This document shows positions 55,971 to 64,000 of a stretch of DNA of 64,000 nt, one piece after another. The first letter of the stretch is position 1. Each line of letters begins with the position of its first letter. The translations under genes and the position numbers were made by a program. The stretch lies in sequence record PP047754; one strand, given 5' to 3'. The notes under the pieces were generated by a model. It was not told the DNA's origin and made no database searches. It was given only the letters and a program-made list of their open reading frames with translations. This DNA comes from Escherichia phage KEP4.

Positions 55971-56432
55971 ATGTCCAACAAATTACTCACCAACCCCCGC
56001 CACAACTTTGGTTATATCCAATTACCAGAAGTGATAGACACGTTGTTTGCTGAAGACAAGGAAGAAGTTTGTTGGGCACCAGCGACCCTTATTGAACGCG
56101 AAATTTTCAAATCTGAAGTAGACGTGATGTTCCGCATCGGTTCATCCGGAGACCTCCATTATTTGGGGAAAGTGACCGAGTTAAAGACCTGCCATGCTCA
56201 AAGATTTTTGCGCATTGACACCACTCAATGTGAAGACTTTTCATTCAGCATTCTGCGTGAATATGTTCAGGTCAACCGTCCTGTGTATCAACACCGTCCT
56301 TATTTGACGTCGATGCATATAGACAATTATATTTCTGACATTCATTTACGTGCATCAACTATCCATGAAGAAGATTCTGGTGTCGCGGTTGATACGGTAC
56401 TCAACATGATTGTGATTACGTTGGTGCCATGA
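55971..56432 (+). CDS. hypothetical protein, 153 aa
   Basis: ATG overlapping previous stop (TAATATG). Confidence 0.45.
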   Translation: MSNKLLTNPRHNFGYIQLPEVIDTLFAEDKEEVCWAPATLIEREIFKSEVDVMFRIGSSGDLHYLGKVTELKTCHAQRFLRIDTTQCEDFSFSILREYVQVNRPVYQHRPYLTSMHIDNYISDIHLRASTIHEEDSGVAVDTVLNMIVITLVP

Positions 56433-56433
56433 T

Positions 56434-56772
56434 ATGTATAAATTCCCGATATTAGAGACGGTGTATTCCGTCAATAACAAAGAAGAACCTTTATTTGAAA
56501 ATTTAGATATCCTGTTAAAGGAAAGCGCACATGTTCCTCTTGTCCTCAAAGGGAAAGAAATAGGGTACAGCCATGACTGTCAAATAATGCGTTCTGAAGG
56601 CAGTGATGTCCTGCGCATTCGTTTAACATTTGTGTTGACGGGGAGACTAGATGGTATGGTGGTTAACCTAAAGCCAACCACCATAGTCCATAGAATAGGT
56701 GGGAAATTACTGTACCGTTTACTGACGCATTTTGAAATAATTACCAACCGCTCCAATACCAACGCACCTTAA
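56434..56772 (+). CDS. hypothetical protein, 112 aa
   Basis: ATG overlapping previous stop. Confidence 0.45.
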   Translation: MYKFPILETVYSVNNKEEPLFENLDILLKESAHVPLVLKGKEIGYSHDCQIMRSEGSDVLRIRLTFVLTGRLDGMVVNLKPTTIVHRIGGKLLYRLLTHFEIITNRSNTNAP

Positions 56773-57153
56773 TCAGTTTGTGCGTTTTAACCATATGGTG
56801 TCTGTTATCGGCTCTGGGTTGTTGACCACATAGAACGTGATGGTTACGCCCAGAGAATGATAATCGTCCGACAATGATACATCAACAGATTGCAATTCAG
56901 CTCTTGGCTCAAAAAGAGCAATGGCATCTTCAACTTTGTTCTTCACGTCGACCTGTATCGTGGGATTTGTGTTTTCCCCCAACATGGTATACAACCCTGC
57001 CCCAATACTCGGATACGTCGGCCAATCACCTACCGTCGACATCACTATATTACGCACAGATTGTAGTACAGCATAAATGCCTGTTTTCTTAGTGACATCT
57101 TTGGTGACCGGATGCATGCCAAACTTCAGGTCAATGTCCTTGTACTCTTTCAT
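56773..57153 (-). CDS. baseplate wedge protein gp25 (GpW/lysozyme-like fold)
   Basis: 126 aa; PSIGAGLYTMLGEN ... VEDAIALFEPRAEL pattern parallels T4 gp25 (FGCDLSDQLFEN ... YEPRIDKL). Confidence 0.65.
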   Translation of the reverse strand: MKEYKDIDLKFGMHPVTKDVTKKTGIYAVLQSVRNIVMSTVGDWPTYPSIGAGLYTMLGENTNPTIQVDVKNKVEDAIALFEPRAELQSVDVSLSDDYHSLGVTITFYVVNNPEPITDTIWLKRTN

Positions 57154-57217
57154 GTTAAACCCCTTTGGATATTGCCTCTCCAGCACGAGAGGGCATTATC
57201 TGCCCTCACCAGTGTAA

Positions 57218-58843
57218 TCATGCGCCTTTACCACCAAAATTGCCGCCGTTATCCTCTAACTCCGGTTTTATATCAATTGGACCTGGGCCTGTAGTTGTTA
57301 CAGGAGTTGCCCCCGCACGTGAGGCGGCGCGACCAGCGCCTTCAGCATATTTGATGTTGCCTTCAATAGTCTGCGCCACCGACAACTTATCACAAACTAT
57401 TTCACTAGCCAGTATTTTAGGCACTTTCAAAGTATTGGAAACTTCCAACATTTCACAGATGAGACGCAACACGTTCTGTGCCTGTATCTCTGCCAATTGG
57501 GAAAATTTCATCAACGCCGTGCCAGCGACCACATTGGAGTAGTTAGAAGAGTGCAAGTGGTAAACTTCTCCTGTCTTACGCTGTACTTCAGTCCCGCCGA
57601 TAGTCAGGTTGTGATCACGACCAACATAGTAACGTTTGTCAAACATCGTCAGATCATAATGATCTTTGACTGATTTATTGACCACGTCCCCGTCAGGAAG
57701 CATCTGCTTATAAGACCCCGAGGAGTGCATCCAATGGAGACGTTCCCCGCCTGGTGTGTCATCAACCTCCATAATATGCCCCGACCGAGATGCCATGACA
57801 TTGTTGTAAGGATAACGAGACCCGCCAGCAGAAGGAACCGACACCTCTCCTGTGTTATCAATATCTTGAACACGCCCAGAAGGAGGCGGAGTTTCCTGAA
57901 CTTTTGGTGTACGATCAGGGATTGGCTCAGACCATTTACCATTTTGTTGTGTAGGAGCCGCCGATGCTGTCGTAGCAGGACCAGGCCAACGATAACCCAA
58001 CACAGATGAGCGGCTGAAGCGACTCACCTTCACAGAATCTGATTGGTTGCCTCCAATACACCAAACATAATTGGCATCGAATTTCTGCACGAACGCAACG
58101 TGTCCGAATGTTGGGTTGTTGCCACGCCGGAATACAACAACAGCGCCGTAGCGGGGTTCCGACAAAGGGGAACCCCATTGCAAATATGAACGAGCCAAAG
58201 CCGAGCGCGTTGAAGTGTATCCTGCTTGGATCAACACCCATCCCACAAATGAAGCGCACCAGCTGACTTCATCTTCCGAAGCGCCCAAAGATGTTGTCTT
58301 GTGATATTCCAAAATCCTTGGGTTATTATTGAATTTGCCAGAATATTCTTTGACACCTAATTCACCACGAGCCACTGTCATCCATTTCTCAGGATCATAA
58401 CCGTCTACAGGCGGTTGAGGTTCTGGTTGTGGGTCGTCTTCAATCTTGACAGGAACATTTTCAACGGCGTTATATTTCTGTCTTTCTATAGATTGAACAA
58501 CCTGGCCCAGCGCCAACGGGTTTGTGTCTGAACCATCCGTTGGTGTCGCCGCTGGCCAAACCCAGGCGATACGAATATTTTGGTATGCTTCATCCAAAGC
58601 AAATCCCATAACATCCGACCCGACTGTAATACCCGTTGGAGACCAGCCTAAACCTGCCGAGGAGGCGTTGGATGCTGGCATGAGCATTTTACCCCAAGGC
58701 AATAATTCGGTAGGTAAGAGAGTGGTATCTTCCGTGTGTACACCATAGATGCGCACAGCGACGCGCCCGTTCTGGTCGGGATCATTCACGTCTTCAACGC
58801 GCCCGTAAAACCAACGCAAGTTGTCTAACATATTGAAACCCAT
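57218..58843 (-). CDS. baseplate central spike/hub protein gp5 with CHAP/NlpC-P60-like peptidase domain
   Basis: N-terminus LRWFYGRVEDVNDPDQNGRVAVRIYGVHTEDTTLLPTELLPW matches the gp5 OB domain; middle VSWCASFVGWVLIQAGY ... GHVAFV resembles a Cys/His CHAP core, not a T4-lysozyme domain. Confidence 0.65.
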   Translation of the reverse strand: MGFNMLDNLRWFYGRVEDVNDPDQNGRVAVRIYGVHTEDTTLLPTELLPWGKMLMPASNASSAGLGWSPTGITVGSDVMGFALDEAYQNIRIAWVWPAATPTDGSDTNPLALGQVVQSIERQKYNAVENVPVKIEDDPQPEPQPPVDGYDPEKWMTVARGELGVKEYSGKFNNNPRILEYHKTTSLGASEDEVSWCASFVGWVLIQAGYTSTRSALARSYLQWGSPLSEPRYGAVVVFRRGNNPTFGHVAFVQKFDANYVWCIGGNQSDSVKVSRFSRSSVLGYRWPGPATTASAAPTQQNGKWSEPIPDRTPKVQETPPPSGRVQDIDNTGEVSVPSAGGSRYPYNNVMASRSGHIMEVDDTPGGERLHWMHSSGSYKQMLPDGDVVNKSVKDHYDLTMFDKRYYVGRDHNLTIGGTEVQRKTGEVYHLHSSNYSNVVAGTALMKFSQLAEIQAQNVLRLICEMLEVSNTLKVPKILASEIVCDKLSVAQTIEGNIKYAEGAGRAASRAGATPVTTTGPGPIDIKPELEDNGGNFGGKGA

Positions 58844-59350
58844 TAGTCAATTAGAATCATGGGTTATTTATGGCGGGGATTTGAAATCTGTCGAATAGTA
58901 ATATTATAGGAAGCTCTGCTTCCGTTCAATTTTATTCTTTTCGTTTCTACTCGCTGAAGCTCGTAACACCGCCTTGACAGGCAGTCCCATTCCAATGCCA
59001 TGGAGGCATAAAGGCGAGGAAAATACTGTACACCTCAGAACATGCGTAGAAAAGGATTATTTTTGCTTCAAAACAAATTCAAACCCCAATTTACACAACA
59101 CTTACTTCAGCAACAACGGTGTTATAGCAATTTAAGGTTAAACGTTCCTGTCTTAACCTATAAAACAGGTAAGCAAAGAAAACCCCACATTACGTGGGGT
59201 TGGAAGATTTCTTGGACAAACGTATCTTTAGTGTCTCTGTTAGCAAATCAAGATGCCAAGGCATCGACTCGCTTATTTCAAATATGCTATAGCCATGTGC
59301 CTTTAATTCGTCACACATCACAAAGTAGGAGAGTAAATCAATTTCAAAAA

Positions 59351-60154
59351 TTAAATGAAAATTTCAGTGACACTGTTAAATTTGACTTCATGTTCTTTCC
59401 CACACGAAGGACATTTAATTTTCGTCGCGTAACGGATACGAGGAATCTTTTTAAAGAAATCGTCGGATATATCTTGAACAATCTCAGATTCAATATTTTC
59501 CCCCACCCATTTAACAAATTCATCTTTGACGCGTTGACGTTCTTTAGCAACATCAGGTGCTATGCCAGGCTCTGCCGGATTCTCTACTTTCCAAACCTGA
59601 CCATCATCGTCATACAAACAATCAATAAATGTCGCGATCATTTGCTCCACAGATGATGCTTCGTTGAGCACTGAGGCGTCCGAGAAGGACGGTTGACGCA
59701 TCTTGATGTGATAGCCACCAGGGAGGTCAAATGTTTCCCTGAAGCCTTCTGGGGACACGCATTTCACTTGGTTGAGGGGGATCGGTAAAACAAGTTCTTG
59801 ACCACATTCTTTAAGGCCAGAAACTGGTTCTTCACCTTCATTTGTGTCGGATGGAACTTTGTTGTTACATTTGTATCGTATCTTCATGACCTCGCCGATA
59901 GATATACAGCGCATCTTTAAAAATACTTCTTCAGTAACACCGATTGGCAGTTTACTAAAGGGAACCCCAGCGTCAACACAACTATCAAACAGTTGCTCCA
60001 GCGTCGCCACACGTTCACTCATAGGAGTGTTCGGATCAGCAACCTGAAGTAACATGGTCTGTTGCCCTGCTGTGAAAGCGCGGTATTTAATCACCGTCGG
60101 CCAGAAATCACTTTTGTGTGTTCTCTCAGTTTTGGGCAATGATGGTAAATTCAT
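59351..60154 (-). CDS. late structural protein, probable baseplate component (identity uncertain), 267 aa
   Basis: GGAGA RBS and TATAAATA late promoter upstream on the - strand; co-oriented with gp5 and gp25; C-terminal CPSCGKEHE zinc-ribbon-like motif; ORF-track start 60247 not used. Confidence 0.4.
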   Translation of the reverse strand: MNLPSLPKTERTHKSDFWPTVIKYRAFTAGQQTMLLQVADPNTPMSERVATLEQLFDSCVDAGVPFSKLPIGVTEEVFLKMRCISIGEVMKIRYKCNNKVPSDTNEGEEPVSGLKECGQELVLPIPLNQVKCVSPEGFRETFDLPGGYHIKMRQPSFSDASVLNEASSVEQMIATFIDCLYDDDGQVWKVENPAEPGIAPDVAKERQRVKDEFVKWVGENIESEIVQDISDDFFKKIPRIRYATKIKCPSCGKEHEVKFNSVTEIFI

Positions 60155-60182
60155 AATGTATCTCCACGGTATATTGTAACCA

Positions 60183-60190
60183 TATTTATA
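60183..60190 (-). promoter_or_regulatory. T4-type late promoter TATAAATA (reverse strand)
   Basis: Forward tatttata = TATAAATA on the - strand, about 29 bp upstream of reverse ATG 60154. Confidence 0.45.
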
Positions 60191-60203
60191 ATGAGGACCG
60201 AAA

Positions 60204-60728
60204 ATGCACGCGTTCTGTTTCAGTAAAGTTGGAGAACAACTTACCATTAATTATCCGGATACAAATACGGATTTCTTTGTATTGCTAACGGATTTCGCAA
60301 ATAAATTGGGGATCAAGAATATCGCCATGACTGTGGACGATATGAAATTTGGTCGTCTGGGTGTAAAAGATTTATTGAATTACGGATTCAACGTAATCAT
60401 CGTCGATCAGACATACAGCCCAATTGACGAGGAAGATGTTATTCCAGTTTGGGTTCAACGAGACATAAACACTCTGGATAAACATTATCCCGATTGTGTC
60501 ATCATTGGCGAATTAATACTATATTTTCATAAACGTCGTCGGCTTGAATCAATTAAAAGTTATTTTCAAGATAGCGATGACGGATATAAAATGGATGTCC
60601 TTACGAGCGGTTGGGTTGTGAAGAATACCACAGGCAATGCCGACCGAATTACTTCCCGTCTTTATGAATATGTTAAAGAACGGGATTATGAACTGGAGAA
60701 CAATAATGCCAAACGTAGAACGCGCTGA
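60204..60728 (+). CDS. hypothetical protein, 174 aa
   Basis: ATG after GAGGA RBS; divergent from the baseplate gene. Confidence 0.45.
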   Translation: MHAFCFSKVGEQLTINYPDTNTDFFVLLTDFANKLGIKNIAMTVDDMKFGRLGVKDLLNYGFNVIIVDQTYSPIDEEDVIPVWVQRDINTLDKHYPDCVIIGELILYFHKRRRLESIKSYFQDSDDGYKMDVLTSGWVVKNTTGNADRITSRLYEYVKERDYELENNNAKRRTR

Positions 60729-61191
60729 TATTCAGCAGGTACAAGACGTCATCCTTCAACGCCTCCGCGCTGTGATCACAAATGAAAAGGGAGAAATTGC
60801 GCCAGGGTTTGAAGGCGCATTCGACAGTTTCGTTGCCGATGACCAGGGGAACCCCGTTGTACAAACGATCGCTGGCATGATTATGCTGAATAGCGAATTT
60901 ATGGCTGATGGTAAAATCCATTATTCTCCCAATCTCAGTGTTGACGGAGAATCTTTGGCTTCCGAAGTGGTTGATTTAACGGTTGCCGTTGGTGAGTTGG
61001 GTTATGTTTTGATGGTTTGCACCGCGCATTATGTGGACGCCAACGGCCATGTGTCATATGGTGATGAAGCGCGGGGAATCAAACGTCATGTAGATACTGC
61101 GGCGGTTCTGCAGCAGATCCGTCAGATGCAAGACAATATGGATTCCAAACCCCGCCTGATTTTGCCAGATAGTAAAATCGTGACAAGATAA
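60706..61191 (+). CDS. hypothetical protein, 161 aa
   Basis: ATG after GGAGAA; overlaps previous gene by 23 nt. Confidence 0.4.
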   Translation: MPNVERADIQQVQDVILQRLRAVITNEKGEIAPGFEGAFDSFVADDQGNPVVQTIAGMIMLNSEFMADGKIHYSPNLSVDGESLASEVVDLTVAVGELGYVLMVCTAHYVDANGHVSYGDEARGIKRHVDTAAVLQQIRQMQDNMDSKPRLILPDSKIVTR

Positions 61192-61240
61192 TCCGGTCTA
61201 AATACCCATAACACAATGAAACTTCGTTATGGGTATTTTT

Positions 61241-61840
61241 ATGAAATTTTGCGGAATCGACTATTCTTATGGCTGTCCTGCCATGTGCTTCTGGGATGAT
61301 AAAGATCCTTTGGATTTTGACCATCTTCATTTCTATGCGCATCATACTGTAGAAAAACATTGTCGTCAGGTACGGCATAACATCCTCATTTTACGCCAGC
61401 CGAAATATGAATCCCCAGAAGAACGCTTCTACAATATCTCCAAATGGGCCGAAGCTGTTCTTCTAACCGAGAAGCCTGATTTCATCACCCTTGAGGGGTA
61501 CGCAATGGGCAACTCGAAGAATTCCAATAACATATGCCAGACTGCTGAAAATACATCTTTATTGAAGCAAGCAATGCGCCGGAATAATATGGAATTCCAG
61601 ATCGTCACTCCTTCTTTCGTTAAAAAGCATTTCTGTGGTAAAGGAAACGCCGATAAATTGGTAATGATCGATCATTTCGAGAAGCTGTTCAACGTTAAGA
61701 TGCGTGGTATAATGGACATGTTGGACGTGAAGGATCCAAAGCCTATCGATGATCTTGTAGACTCATTCGCAAACATGGTGTCTGGACCTTACTTCATAGA
61801 AAATTATCCCGATTTCAATAGAGGTGTAAGAAATGATTAA
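61241..61840 (+). CDS. RuvC-like Holliday junction resolvase candidate, 199 aa
   Basis: N-terminal FCGIDYS (cf. RuvC ILGIDPG catalytic Asp) and downstream FITLEGYAMG acidic motif; by eye only. Confidence 0.35.
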   Translation: MKFCGIDYSYGCPAMCFWDDKDPLDFDHLHFYAHHTVEKHCRQVRHNILILRQPKYESPEERFYNISKWAEAVLLTEKPDFITLEGYAMGNSKNSNNICQTAENTSLLKQAMRRNNMEFQIVTPSFVKKHFCGKGNADKLVMIDHFEKLFNVKMRGIMDMLDVKDPKPIDDLVDSFANMVSGPYFIENYPDFNRGVRND

Positions 61841-62129
61841 TTACTGGCTGTTGGCAGACATACTGCTTTTCGCCTTGCTGTTGATAACGGCATTTATTTG
61901 GGTTAAGGGATTTCTGACATTCCTACACTCGTTGAGTGCCATGATATCTTTCTATGCTGTGTCCCCCCATAGTGACGTCAATGTACGAGCAGCAAATCAA
62001 TCTGACATGTTGGCTGAATACGTCATGATGCGTGATAAAGCAACCAGGATCGTCCTGTTTTCTACACTGGCGGGGGCGGTTATTATATTCATACAACACG
62101 TCTTGGAGGCAACTCATGCCGTTTTATGA
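61833..62129 (+). CDS. small membrane protein, two predicted TM helices, 98 aa
   Basis: GAGGTG RBS; hydrophobic segments WLLADILLFALLLITAFIWV and IVLFSTLAGAVIIFI. Confidence 0.4.
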   Translation: MINYWLLADILLFALLLITAFIWVKGFLTFLHSLSAMISFYAVSPHSDVNVRAANQSDMLAEYVMMRDKATRIVLFSTLAGAVIIFIQHVLEATHAVL

Positions 62130-62361
62130 TTATGCCTGTACAGGTTGTGGTAATTCTTTCAGTACCAGAAGGTCTTGTGCTGAACGCCATACGCCTGAAT
62201 TAGATCCATGTTCTGAATGTGGCGGTGAAATCAAAATGGTCATTGGAGCACCAAAGATCGTATCTGGTGTCCGTGGCCCACAATCCGCACCTGATGGCTT
62301 CAAAGACGTATTGCGTCATATTAAGAAGCAGTCTGGGAAGGGGAATACAATCGATGTCTGA
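62116..62361 (+). CDS. FmdB-type zinc-ribbon protein, 81 aa
   Basis: GGAGG RBS; MPFYDYACTGCGNSF ... CSECGG has the CxxC...CxxC zinc-ribbon pattern. Confidence 0.45.
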   Translation: MPFYDYACTGCGNSFSTRRSCAERHTPELDPCSECGGEIKMVIGAPKIVSGVRGPQSAPDGFKDVLRHIKKQSGKGNTIDV

Positions 62362-62596
62362 TCAACAAATAGCACAAGTGCTCACACCAGATTCTTTTTC
62401 TGAATTGGTGTTGATGAGAGCAAGCCAACGCAAGGAATCAATCCTTGAAACGATGGCCAGTGTTTGTGAAGAGTATGACATCGAAGAAGCAAAGGTCAAA
62501 AAATTGATCACGCCTCCTCTTCTGTCAAGGCTAACAGCTGAATGTTCTGATGCTCGGTTGTTGAAGGGTGAATTGAAATCTAAAAAACTCATTTAA
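62354..62596 (+). CDS. hypothetical protein, 80 aa
   Basis: ATG after AAGGGGA; overlaps previous stop. Confidence 0.35.
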   Translation: MSDQQIAQVLTPDSFSELVLMRASQRKESILETMASVCEEYDIEEAKVKKLITPPLLSRLTAECSDARLLKGELKSKKLI

Positions 62597-62605
62597 GGTT
62601 GTAAC

Positions 62606-62845
62606 ATGAGCAAAGAGCAAATCTATAAAATGTTGAAGGCGCAAGAGTATCTGCCAGGTTCTATCCGCTGGCGTCATGGTAGCCTCAATGAACATGCTGA
62701 TGATATGGATCGTGTACGTTACACGACGCCGGAAGGTAAATCCTATGTCATCGAATACCATACATTCTTGGAAGGACACAAAACCTTCTCAGATGTGTAC
62801 GACATTATTGAAATAGACCCAGCAAAACAAATGATTGCGGGTTAA
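62606..62845 (+). CDS. hypothetical protein, 79 aa
   Basis: ORF with ATG start. Confidence 0.4.
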   Translation: MSKEQIYKMLKAQEYLPGSIRWRHGSLNEHADDMDRVRYTTPEGKSYVIEYHTFLEGHKTFSDVYDIIEIDPAKQMIAG

Positions 62846-62941
62846 CTCAATAGCAAAACGCAGTATAATTACACCGTCGGAATAATTGACAAATACATTT
62901 ACAGAATAGCCCGAAGGGGCGGATTATAGAGGAATATTAAA

Positions 62942-63973
62942 ATGGGTAATTTATTTGATCGTCTTAAACAATCTCGTGGCCAACAAGCCGAAGCTATGCA
63001 ACAGCGACTCGCTCAGCAAGGCCAGCGTGTTGGTGGCGGTCGTGACCCACGCATCTGGAAGTGGACCTGGAATGACAAGGGTACTTCTGAAAACATCATT
63101 CGTTTCCTGCCGATCCCTTTGGTGGACATGAAGGCTCAAGAAGAAGGCACTATCCCTGAAGATGCTGTGTTAACTCCGTGTGCCATGATCATGAAACACG
63201 CATTCCAGGGCGCTGGCGGCTGGTATATCGAAAACTCTCCGCAGACTTTCGGTAACGATGATCCTGTTCGTGACCACGATCGTCCTCTGTGGGCACAACA
63301 GAAAGAAACGAATGATGAAAAGCTGAAAACAGTTCTCAAAAAACGTCTGCCGGACACCAAATACTACGCCAACATCCTGGTGATCAAAGATGGCAACAAT
63401 CCGGAAAACAACGGCAAGGTCTTCTTGCTTGAGTTCGGTAATGCCGTCAAGAAAATCCTGGATTCGGCTCAGAATCCTAAGTTCTCAACTGACCCTAAAT
63501 TCGACCCGTTCGATATGTGGGAAGGCGCGAACCTGATTCTGAACCTCTTTGGCGAAGAGAAAGAGTTCGGCAACTGGAAAGGTCTGGTGGCCAACTTCAC
63601 CAATGTGAAGTGGGATACTCCGGCACCTTTGGGGACAGACGAATACATTGAAGAGATCTGGGAAAAAGAACACAGTCTGTTTGAGTTCTTTAATCCGGCC
63701 AACTTCAAATCGTACGAAGATCTGGAAAAACGTTTGCGCAAAGTTCTGGCCATCCCTGATAATCAGCCTCTGGTTGAAGGTGGTGCTTCTACTATGGCAC
63801 ATGCGCCTACCCAGTCTCAGGAACCCCAGCGCCCAACAGCGCAGGAAAGTCTGAACCAACAACAATCTCAGCCTTCTAATGCACAGCAATCTGTTCCAGC
63901 CAATAATGGTGGTGCCGATGCGAAACAGACGGCTTCCATTGATGAGTTCGAGCAGTTCCTGAAGCAAGACTAA
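62942..63973 (+). CDS. single-stranded DNA-binding protein gp32
   Basis: IIRFLP, GWYIEN, GKVFLLEFG, DMWEGANLILNL, FEFFNPANFKSYEDLEKRLRK and acidic C-terminal tail parallel T4 gp32. Confidence 0.85.
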   Translation: MGNLFDRLKQSRGQQAEAMQQRLAQQGQRVGGGRDPRIWKWTWNDKGTSENIIRFLPIPLVDMKAQEEGTIPEDAVLTPCAMIMKHAFQGAGGWYIENSPQTFGNDDPVRDHDRPLWAQQKETNDEKLKTVLKKRLPDTKYYANILVIKDGNNPENNGKVFLLEFGNAVKKILDSAQNPKFSTDPKFDPFDMWEGANLILNLFGEEKEFGNWKGLVANFTNVKWDTPAPLGTDEYIEEIWEKEHSLFEFFNPANFKSYEDLEKRLRKVLAIPDNQPLVEGGASTMAHAPTQSQEPQRPTAQESLNQQQSQPSNAQQSVPANNGGADAKQTASIDEFEQFLKQD

Positions 63974-63980
63974 TTTCGCT

Positions 63981-64000
63981 AAAGCCCCTTCGGGGGCTTT
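63981..64000 (+). terminator. stem-loop after gp32 (runs to window edge)
   Basis: aaagcccc-ttcg-ggggcttt hairpin; T-run not visible. Confidence 0.4.

Noticed and set aside
58844-59350. Possible tRNA gene in the 500-bp gap
   Set aside because: Hairpins present but no acceptor/D/anticodon/T-arm cloverleaf or GTTCRANYC T-loop on either strand by eye; needs a covariance-model scan to exclude.
59042-59656. 204-aa forward ORF in the baseplate region
   Set aside because: Begins in the structured non-coding gap without RBS and overlaps the reverse-strand late gene that has a late promoter and RBS; translation is low complexity.
1-64000. CRISPR arrays, rRNA, integrase or transposase
   Set aside because: No regularly spaced direct repeats, no rRNA-like sequence, and no ORF with recombinase/transposase motifs; the only mobile-element-type gene is the GIY-YIG ORF.

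Overview
The window reads as a contiguous piece of a T4-like myovirus genome (enterobacterial-type codon usage, sigma70-like early promoters, TATAAATA late promoters), but with gene order strongly shuffled relative to T4. Almost all genes are on the + strand. Recognisable modules: (1) a head/tail morphogenesis block in T4 order, gp18(partial)-gp19-gp20-gp67/68-like-gp21-gp22-gp23 (1-6613), with a GIY-YIG endonuclease gene inserted between gp18 and gp19; (2) UvsW helicase, then a replisome block gp45-gp44-gp62-RegA (15243-17900); (3) gp55-gp47-gp46 (36760-40968), gp61 primase, PhoH, NrdA-NrdB-glutaredoxin, gp32; (4) baseplate genes gp25 and gp5 on the - strand (56773-58843); (5) lysis-related genes scattered rather than in a cassette (endolysin 50119-50913, lytic transglycosylase 41967-42584, small membrane proteins). 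Between these lie many small unknown ORFs and several non-T4 accessory genes: HU-like protein, DinG/XPD-like Fe-S helicase, RNase HI, RuvC-like resolvase, vWA protein, ParB-like protein, SPFH lipoprotein, LysM protein. Most worth a second look: (a) a candidate DNA-modification module next to regA (MazG-like ORF plus a helix-hairpin-helix ORF resembling thymidine-hypermodification enzymes), consistent with the HU/TF1-like protein; (b) an acyl-carrier-protein look-alike whose phosphopantetheine-attachment Ser is replaced by Asp, directly downstream of a vWA protein; (c) a tightly overlapping LysM / small membrane / SPFH-lipoprotein operon; (d) at least five copies of a terminator hairpin + early promoter + conserved leader cassette in front of unknown genes; (e) a gp5 baseplate spike carrying a CHAP-type peptidase domain; (f) two adjacent proteins with T4-style capsid-targeting N-termini. 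All functional calls rest on motif recognition and synteny by eye; no database search was run.
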